The notes under the pieces are model-generated. The model saw only the letters and a program-made list of their open reading frames with translations. It was not told the origin of the DNA and did not search any database. Shown here piece after piece: positions 57,076-64,000 of a stretch of DNA of 64,000 nucleotides. The stretch's first letter is position 1; the number at the start of each line of letters is the position of its first letter. Source of the stretch: a virus (taxonomy: Duplodnaviria; Caudoviricetes); the IMG/VR virus record IMGVR_UViG_3300046710_000261, positions 91,949-155,948 of that record; one strand, written 5' to 3'. The translations under genes and the position numbers were made by a program.

Positions 57076-57672
57076 ATGATAACAAGACGAATGGGGCCAC
57101 AAGAAGGTTCTTTCAAATTCAAGAGTGGTCATATATATAAATTCAAATATAAGAAATTTCAAAACGACCCCGAGCCTCTCATTTTCATGTTATATGGTGT
57201 GAAAGGCCAGCATCCAAAAACTGGTCATATACATAACTATTTGCTTGCTATAAATCTGTCATATATAAATCGTAACAATAGAAGGCAATTTGTCAAACAA
57301 TGGGTCAATACTCTGATAAGGACGAAGGGCAATATTCCACTTACTTATAAAGGAATAGTAGAACAATTTCCTTTTATGGCAGCAGCAGTAAGAAAATATT
57401 TACTATCACGAAGTGACCTTTTTGAGATTAGAGAAATTCCTTTAGAAATGATCGGAGAAGTGGTTGTCGGAACAATGTATAAAGATTTTTCTAAACAGGC
57501 CATATTGGAAATGATTGCGAATTGGAAGGGAGAGAAAAGCAAAACAAAGATGAAAGCATTGAGCATTGCTCTTAGTGAAGATTATGGTGGCAGAATACCC
57601 GATCTTGGAACTAAATTTTTGGGTAGACTTTTTGGTATTGCTAAAGAAGTTGCATTCGAGGGAAAAATATAA
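57076..57672 (+). CDS. gp2: DNA end protector (T4 gp2-like)
   Basis: G.IY.FKY...DPEPLIF...AINLSY...RKY; next to gp4. Confidence 0.6.
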   Translation: MITRRMGPQEGSFKFKSGHIYKFKYKKFQNDPEPLIFMLYGVKGQHPKTGHIHNYLLAINLSYINRNNRRQFVKQWVNTLIRTKGNIPLTYKGIVEQFPFMAAAVRKYLLSRSDLFEIREIPLEMIGEVVVGTMYKDFSKQAILEMIANWKGEKSKTKMKALSIALSEDYGGRIPDLGTKFLGRLFGIAKEVAFEGKI

Positions 57673-57680
57673 ATAATAAT

Positions 57681-58277
57681 ATGATTTGTAAAAGATGTGA
57701 AATTGATAACCCTTATACAGAAGAATATTTTTATAAGACGAGCAATAAGAAATATTCTTTGCAAAAAATATGTATAGAATGTTGTCTCAAAGGGATAAGA
57801 GAAAAAAGACAAAAGGATAATACATCTTTTATTGAAAGTTCAAGAAAATATTATCAAAATCATAAAAAAGAACATTCCGAGTGGAATAAAAAGTATTATG
57901 AAAAACATAAAAAACAAATCAATAATCTCCATATCTATAATAGTAGACGAAGAAAGAGTATTGATTTGAATTTCAAGATACGAGAATATTATAGAAGCAG
58001 AATATATAGAGCATTGAAACAAAACTGGAAGTCTGGTCATACATTAGAATTGTTGGGGTGTTCTGTGGATTTTTTGAAGCAATGGTTAGAAACGAAATTT
58101 CAACTCGGAATGACTTGGGAAAACTATGGTAAATGGCATATTGATCATATTATTCCTTGTTGTAAGTTTGATTTATCAAGAATAGATGAACAGAAAAAAT
58201 GTTTTCATTATACAAATCTTCAACCACTATGGGCGGAAGATAATTGGAAAAAAAAAATCATTATAGGAGAACAATAG
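57681..58277 (+). CDS. HNH homing endonuclease-like protein (paralog of 16979)
   Basis: WHIDHIIPC...CFHYTNLQPLWAEDN. Confidence 0.85.
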   Translation: MICKRCEIDNPYTEEYFYKTSNKKYSLQKICIECCLKGIREKRQKDNTSFIESSRKYYQNHKKEHSEWNKKYYEKHKKQINNLHIYNSRRRKSIDLNFKIREYYRSRIYRALKQNWKSGHTLELLGCSVDFLKQWLETKFQLGMTWENYGKWHIDHIIPCCKFDLSRIDEQKKCFHYTNLQPLWAEDNWKKKIIIGEQ

Positions 58278-58278
58278 A

Positions 58279-58581
58279 TTGAAGTCCTACGATACGTTCT
58301 ATCAAAATGAAATAAGACCAGTGACAATATCTATTCGAGATCAGAATGATAATATATGGGTTCCTACATCTGCAAGTGCATGGGTTAATGATAGTAATGG
58401 GACCATCGTTCAAGCCGAGGATGTTGCAGAGGTTAGTTCAAATACAGCAACACTTGTGATAACTACTGATGTGACTATTACATCAGGAACGTATGAAATT
58501 GTATGGAAACTTTCAAAGGCCAGCAATACTGTGCCTTATATATATTATCATAAAACTCAACTCACAGTTGAGGAAATATAG
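58279..58581 (+). CDS. Putative baseplate/virion beta-sandwich protein
   Basis: Beta-rich; structural gene context. Confidence 0.45.
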   Translation: MKSYDTFYQNEIRPVTISIRDQNDNIWVPTSASAWVNDSNGTIVQAEDVAEVSSNTATLVITTDVTITSGTYEIVWKLSKASNTVPYIYYHKTQLTVEEI

Positions 58582-58598
58582 GAATGGAGGATTAAGAC

Positions 58599-59336
58599 AT
58601 GAGCGTTCTTACAAGTGAATTATTAGATTATGGTTCTGCAAATATGCGAGAAGTTGACACAGGATCACAAGGTGGTGCGATTGATTTGACCACTAAAATA
58701 GATTTTACGGATATAGCATCTTCTGGTACAATATCTGTAAGTTCATCAGATGGCGGTGATACAATGGACTTGACTGTTACCAGTAGAAATAATGCTGGTG
58801 TAATTCAGTCAGAAATATTAACTTTATCTGGTGGAACACCAGTTGTTGGTAGTAATACTGTTGAAAGAATTATGAAATCGGTTTTAGCATCACCAGCAAC
58901 GGGAATAGTAACTATTTTCAAGACAAGTGATAGCTCTCTTATTATGACAATGGAGCCTGGAATCACAACAGTGCGAAGACCTTTTTATAATGCATCAACT
59001 CCTACTGTCGGTTCAAAAAGTTATTATGAAAAATATTTTACAAAAAATATAAACGGTACATTGGCATTGACTTCTGCACAGATTATAAAACAGACAGATG
59101 TATTAGGTAAAATTACATTTGCATTGGCTGCAACATTGAATGATACCGATACATCAACAAATAGAATTACTGCTCCTGATGGGTTAGCCTTTGATAATAA
59201 TGCAAAAGCGGTTGCCAGTTCTGGAAATCTTACTCCCGGCGATTCACAGGGTGTATGGTTGTGTTTGACATTAGCATTAACCGATGCTGCCGCAAAAAAC
59301 TCAATCACTATGAGAATTACAGGACAGTCTACTTAA
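58599..59336 (+). CDS. Putative virion structural protein
   Basis: S/T/G-rich; L.PGD.QGVW; GGAGG RBS. Confidence 0.55.
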   Translation: MSVLTSELLDYGSANMREVDTGSQGGAIDLTTKIDFTDIASSGTISVSSSDGGDTMDLTVTSRNNAGVIQSEILTLSGGTPVVGSNTVERIMKSVLASPATGIVTIFKTSDSSLIMTMEPGITTVRRPFYNASTPTVGSKSYYEKYFTKNINGTLALTSAQIIKQTDVLGKITFALAATLNDTDTSTNRITAPDGLAFDNNAKAVASSGNLTPGDSQGVWLCLTLALTDAAAKNSITMRITGQST

Positions 59337-59415
59337 TTATCAGAAATTGATTGATGATCGTTTTTTTGAAAAATAAAAATCATGCGATTTTTAGGAATAG
59401 GAGTCAGTTTTAGGA

Positions 59416-61542
59416 ATGTCTATCTCACTTGTTCAGTCAAAAATACTTGGTAATCCAGATAGCGGTGCTTCTCTTGATATAACCTTGGATGTTACCCCTA
59501 TTGTCGGCCACAAATTGATTGTTGCTGTGAGTTTTTGGTATTCCAAAACTATTATCATAACAGACAATCAAAGCCCTCCCAACACTTACAACGAGCGGTC
59601 TTCAGGTGGGGCGAATTATGCACATCTATTTGATTGTGATGTGACCACGGCTTCTGGTGCTTTCACGATCACAGTCACACCAAATAGTGCAGATTATATA
59701 ACTATAGCCGTTCACGAATATTCTGGTGTTGGTGATTTTGACACATTCAATATCAATAACGGTGTTGGAACAAGTGCAACTGTAAGTATCACCGCAGCAG
59801 AAGCCAATGAACTTATTTTCTGCGCGATTGTTGACAAATCAAATACTTCAATTACCGCCGATGAAGATTATACCAAACAAACTGAAACTACCAATAGTGG
59901 CTGGACATACTTGGCGACACAAGATCGAATTCTTGCTGTTGCTGGGGCCGATAGTGCAGACTGGACTAGTTCCAGTATCAGTTGGTGGAACATGGCATCG
60001 GCTTATAAATCTGCATCGGGTGGTGGTGTTTCATCCTTTTTGAAAAATAAAAATTATGCTTCAACCACACTTGCTGTGAGCGGGATCGGTTCTGGTGATT
60101 TAGAATTAACAGTAGCATCGGGGAAGGGTTCACTTTTCCCCGCAACGGGATCGTTTAGGTGTGTCTTGTGGGGCCAAGCATCATCAACTCCATTGTCTGA
60201 TATCAATAGAGAAATTGTTACCGCAACATTGAATACTGACGATACGTTCAATATTGTTCGAGCACAAGAAGGAACTATTGCCAAGTCATGGATTGCCGGT
60301 GATTATTTTGCATTAGTGTTGACAGCAGGTAAAATAGATGAATTAGAAAATGCTATCAATACACGATATCAATCAGGCGATTCCCCTTCTTTTAGCAGTA
60401 TAACAATTTCAGCATCAGGCACATTTTCAGGTCTATCAACCTCAAAAGTAGTAATGAGTGATGCCAATAGAAATCTTGTTTCAGGAACAAACACTGATAC
60501 TGATATTTCAAGTGCTGTTTCTTTGAAGCACCCCGCAATCACTTTATCAAATGATGCAGAGAATAACCTTTTGTCATTATCTACTCAAGCACTTGGATTG
60601 GATAACCAAACAGCAAATAGAATATTTGCCGGACCTACAACGGGTGCGGTTTCTGCGCCATCCTTCAGAGCATTGGTAAATGCAGATTTTCCAGTCACAC
60701 TTTCACTTTCTATTGCAGGGCTGAATCTATCAGGGTTAACTGCTTCTCTTCCTGTAGTTACTGATGCTTCAAAGAATTTAGCAAGTGTTACTTATGCCAC
60801 ATTCAAATCAAGTTTATCATTGGCTCAAGCTGATATATCAGGATTAACTACTGGGTCAACTGTTACCCATGTGGGGCTTCTTCTTACTGGACTTACTATT
60901 TCCAAGGCAGTTGTCACAGACGGATCAAAAAATTTAGCAAGTCTTGCTTATACTGGTGCAACCTCTCTTAGGGCAAATCTTTCTTTGGAAACTACACATA
61001 GTCCAACCTTTGCCGGTCTAACAGTTGGTTCTCTTTCTGGTATTATAAACGCCGCAGCAGGTGTGTTGGGGATAGTATCAATCGGAACAAGCTTGTCTTA
61101 TTCTTCTTCAACATTGGATGCAGCTCAGAATATTAGTGTATCAGGATCACCACAATTTATTAATTTAAAATTGACAGGACTTTCTGGTACTGGTGTAAGG
61201 TATATTACTACAGATGCTGCTGGAAATCTTGGTGTGGGTGCAGGTATATTCTATAACACTACTTTTATCAATGCCGATTTAGTCGCAGGAATTTTGACAG
61301 TTACACATAATCTTACTGTGGCTTATGGGGTTGTTATAATTATAAATAATAGTGGAAAAGTGGTTATTCCAGATCAAATAGATTTCAGTGCTGCTTCAAC
61401 AAGCTATTTCACTGTGGATTTAATTTCTTATGGTGCATTAACAGGAACGTGGAGAGTAGTATTTCTTCCCGCTGGTGGTACTGTTACACCTACTATGTCA
61501 TCACCTGATTATATTGGTATGGAGGTATTTTTAGATGGCTAA
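59416..61542 (+). CDS. Tail fiber-like protein
   Basis: 708 aa S/T/G/A-rich; EIV.....D...I.RAQEGT.A module; internal repeats. Confidence 0.7.
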   Translation: MSISLVQSKILGNPDSGASLDITLDVTPIVGHKLIVAVSFWYSKTIIITDNQSPPNTYNERSSGGANYAHLFDCDVTTASGAFTITVTPNSADYITIAVHEYSGVGDFDTFNINNGVGTSATVSITAAEANELIFCAIVDKSNTSITADEDYTKQTETTNSGWTYLATQDRILAVAGADSADWTSSSISWWNMASAYKSASGGGVSSFLKNKNYASTTLAVSGIGSGDLELTVASGKGSLFPATGSFRCVLWGQASSTPLSDINREIVTATLNTDDTFNIVRAQEGTIAKSWIAGDYFALVLTAGKIDELENAINTRYQSGDSPSFSSITISASGTFSGLSTSKVVMSDANRNLVSGTNTDTDISSAVSLKHPAITLSNDAENNLLSLSTQALGLDNQTANRIFAGPTTGAVSAPSFRALVNADFPVTLSLSIAGLNLSGLTASLPVVTDASKNLASVTYATFKSSLSLAQADISGLTTGSTVTHVGLLLTGLTISKAVVTDGSKNLASLAYTGATSLRANLSLETTHSPTFAGLTVGSLSGIINAAAGVLGIVSIGTSLSYSSSTLDAAQNISVSGSPQFINLKLTGLSGTGVRYITTDAAGNLGVGAGIFYNTTFINADLVAGILTVTHNLTVAYGVVIIINNSGKVVIPDQIDFSAASTSYFTVDLISYGALTGTWRVVFLPAGGTVTPTMSSPDYIGMEVFLDG

Positions 61543-61894
61543 TACATTTACTAAAATTGTTCCCTCTGGCTCGACTACTGGAATGGGAATTAAGGTTGTG
61601 GCCGTTGCAACACTTGGGACACTCTTTCATCAAGCGGGGGCGGGAACCACAAATTTTGATGAGATTTGGCTTTGGCTTTTTAATAGTGATACTGCTTCTC
61701 ATGTTGTTACAATTGAGTTTGGGGATGCAACGGCACCAGATCATAATATTGTAATAGTTGTTCCTCCTAAAGCGGGTCTTATTTGTGCTATCCCCGGTTT
61801 GGTATTACAAAACAGTTTATCAGTAACTGTCTTTGCTGATGCGGCGAATTTGGTTACTATGAGTGGCTATGTAAATAGAATAACAGTAGCATAG
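61535..61894 (+). CDS. Putative virion protein
   Basis: DEIWLW..N...PGLVLQN...GYVNRI. Confidence 0.55.
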   Translation: MANTFTKIVPSGSTTGMGIKVVAVATLGTLFHQAGAGTTNFDEIWLWLFNSDTASHVVTIEFGDATAPDHNIVIVVPPKAGLICAIPGLVLQNSLSVTVFADAANLVTMSGYVNRITVA

Positions 61895-62066
61895 TGGGGG
61901 ATTATAATGCCTATATCTTATAGAAAAAGAATACCTGGAAATGAGCTTGTGCCACAAGTGGTTTATCCACAAGTTCCTTCTGTACTTGTATTAAAAATAA
62001 CTACAGAAGCACCAAATAAAAGAGCAATTTTATCTGGTGGTGTTTCTAAATATATAAATCCTGAAT

Positions 62067-62912
62067 ATGGAAAGGTGGTACGAAATGATGATGAAACAGC
62101 AACATGTGTCCTCACACATGTACCCTAATAATATGTATGACAGCAGACCAATGATTAGTGGGAAAGTTTTTGACCCTAATAGAAAACTTATAGAAGTTAT
62201 TTCTCCCCGTGCAGCAAATACTTTTACACAGAATTGGCTAAAGTGGCTCTATGCTTGTTTTACTCAGGTTAGTTTAGCAGGAGTGATCGCCGCTGGTCCA
62301 ACACCAGGAGAGGCAAATACAGTAGATGCCACTAATACTCCGTTAAAAATGAATGCAGGAACAACCACAACCAGTGGAATTTTGATTGGAACTCAAGCGG
62401 TTCTTAGTAGGACTGATATTTCATTCTCTTCTGTTGGAAATACAATTACATCCACAGGTTCAAATTTTACAACTCTTGGATTTTTTATTGGGCAACGATT
62501 TACTATTTCTGGAAGTGCATCTAATAATGGAATACATACTGTTGCCACAGTGGGAACAACCACTATGACAACAACCGAAGCATTGGGTACGGAAGGGGCA
62601 GGTGCAACTGATGTATTTACACCGATGATCTCATTATCTGACTTTAAATTAGGAGTTCAAGTAGTAACTAATGTGATTCATGGTACAATGACATGGAGTT
62701 TAAATTCTCCTGATAGTACACATTATCAAATTATCGGACAGAGACAATTTACAAATAATACAGGATCAACATTAAATATCACAGAAGTGGCTTTGTACTC
62801 AATATATGCGGGAACAGGCCGGTATTTTTGTATTGATCATACTTTACTTTCTATGTCTGTAGCTCATCTGGGAGCAGTAACACTCTATTACACATGGACA
62901 ACAAACACATGA
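62067..62912 (+). CDS. Putative tail/baseplate protein (start uncertain)
   Basis: SDFKL...RQFTNNTG...ITEVAL; paralogous to next gene. Confidence 0.55.
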   Translation: MERWYEMMMKQQHVSSHMYPNNMYDSRPMISGKVFDPNRKLIEVISPRAANTFTQNWLKWLYACFTQVSLAGVIAAGPTPGEANTVDATNTPLKMNAGTTTTSGILIGTQAVLSRTDISFSSVGNTITSTGSNFTTLGFFIGQRFTISGSASNNGIHTVATVGTTTMTTTEALGTEGAGATDVFTPMISLSDFKLGVQVVTNVIHGTMTWSLNSPDSTHYQIIGQRQFTNNTGSTLNITEVALYSIYAGTGRYFCIDHTLLSMSVAHLGAVTLYYTWTTNT

Positions 62913-63460
62913 AAACTTTTATTGGTTTAGAAATATTTTCGGCTGATGGGAAACTTATTGAGCGAAGACCATTTGAAGAAGCTCATTCTTTTGTTTCTAA
63001 TTTTATGCATACTTTATATGGATTATTTGCTAATGCTACAATAAATTTAGGAGTTAATACGGCGTCGAATACCGCAAGAACTTTATGTACAGCCGGTTCT
63101 TATAATTCTCTGTCCGTTATCGCCGCCGCAAATGTTACTGCTTATGGAATTCAAATTGGTACTGGAACAACAGCACCAGCATTTAGTGATTATAAATTGG
63201 CAACTCAGACTATTACTAATGTTTATCATTTTGCTACGACTGCATTTTTAAATAATCCATCCGCAAGTGTTTTTGAAATAATAATTAATCGTTCTTTTTC
63301 AAATAACACAGGAGCAGCCATTACAATAAATGAAGTTGGGCTTGTAGGATATTATGCAGGAAGTGGTGATTCTATTTTACTTGACCGTACACTCTATACT
63401 GTGACTGTTGGGATAGGAATGGCGATAACTCTTACTTACAAATTTACTTTTACATTATAG
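62909..63460 (+). CDS. Putative tail/baseplate protein
   Basis: IGTGTTAP..SDYKL...RSFSNNTG..ITINEVGL...DRT. Confidence 0.6.
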   Translation: MKTFIGLEIFSADGKLIERRPFEEAHSFVSNFMHTLYGLFANATINLGVNTASNTARTLCTAGSYNSLSVIAAANVTAYGIQIGTGTTAPAFSDYKLATQTITNVYHFATTAFLNNPSASVFEIIINRSFSNNTGAAITINEVGLVGYYAGSGDSILLDRTLYTVTVGIGMAITLTYKFTFTL

Positions 63461-63468
63461 GATAAAAT

Positions 63469-64000
63469 ATGGATACAGGTGGATTGAAAGCACTTAATTT
63501 AGCAGGTAGTGGAATAAGATATGTCACCACAGACGCATCAGGTACTCTTGGTACGTCAGGTGGTTCTCCATATTATTTAACTACATTTACTAATGCAAAT
63601 TTAACTGCTGGAATATTGACAGTAACCCATACTCTTGGTGTTCAATATGGTTCTGTCACTGTTTCTGATAATAATGGAATAATAATTAAACCTGACGATG
63701 TAACCTTTACATCCACATCTGCCCTTTCAGTAGATTTAACTTCCTATGGAGCTTTAGCAGGGACTTGGAATGTTATATTTCTTCCTGCTGGTGGTACAGT
63801 TCAAACATTACCTCAGGCATTGGGAGTGGGTGATTCTCCAACATTTAATCATCCAGTTCTCACTGGTCTCACCGTTGGCTCATTAGCTGGCTTCCTCTTT
63901 GGAACGGCGGGAGCGATGTCTGCCTTAGCTGCGGCTGCCAGAGTAAAGATCGGATCAGCTACACATGATGTTTCACTTACGGGTGCAGGAGCAATCCAAG
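63469..64000 (+). CDS. Partial tail fiber-like protein
   Basis: MDTGGLKALNLAGSGIRYVTTDASG...NANLTAGILTVTH, homologous to the C-terminus of 59416; open to window end. Confidence 0.6.
   Translation, partial: MDTGGLKALNLAGSGIRYVTTDASGTLGTSGGSPYYLTTFTNANLTAGILTVTHTLGVQYGSVTVSDNNGIIIKPDDVTFTSTSALSVDLTSYGALAGTWNVIFLPAGGTVQTLPQALGVGDSPTFNHPVLTGLTVGSLAGFLFGTAGAMSALAAAARVKIGSATHDVSLTGAGAIQ

Noticed and set aside
1-64000. CRISPR array
   Set aside because: No regularly spaced direct repeats seen; repeats are promoters, tRNAs or coding modules

Overview
This AT-rich 64-kb window is part of a large T4-like (jumbo-type) tailed phage genome. Left to right it contains: (1) small early genes under sigma70-type promoters; (2) HU, clamp loader (gp44/gp62) and sliding clamp (gp45); (3) a five-gene ubiquitin-like conjugation locus (Ubl, two E2-like paralogs, ThiF/E1, JAB peptidase; 6.3-11.2 kb); (4) a late-promoter-driven array of diverse proteins with a shared N-terminal 'MRLxx(F/Y)(L/I)xE' leader resembling the T4 capsid-targeting sequence, including eight paralogs with an ADP-ribosyltransferase-like motif pattern; (5) UvsW/UvsY, gp41 helicase, NADAR, family-4 UDG and family-B DNA polymerase; (6) 34 tRNA genes covering all 20 amino acids, many non-canonical (C33, Leu without variable arm, Ile-UAU), preceded by a ~870-nt structured non-coding region and interspersed with accessory genes; (7) a second leader-tagged cluster (Nudix, RimK-protease fusion), gp4, gp2 and tail/structural genes. 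The best candidates for a new system are the phage-encoded ubiquitin-like pathway and the leader-tagged, probably virion-packaged effector set. All calls come from reading motifs by eye; no database searches were run.
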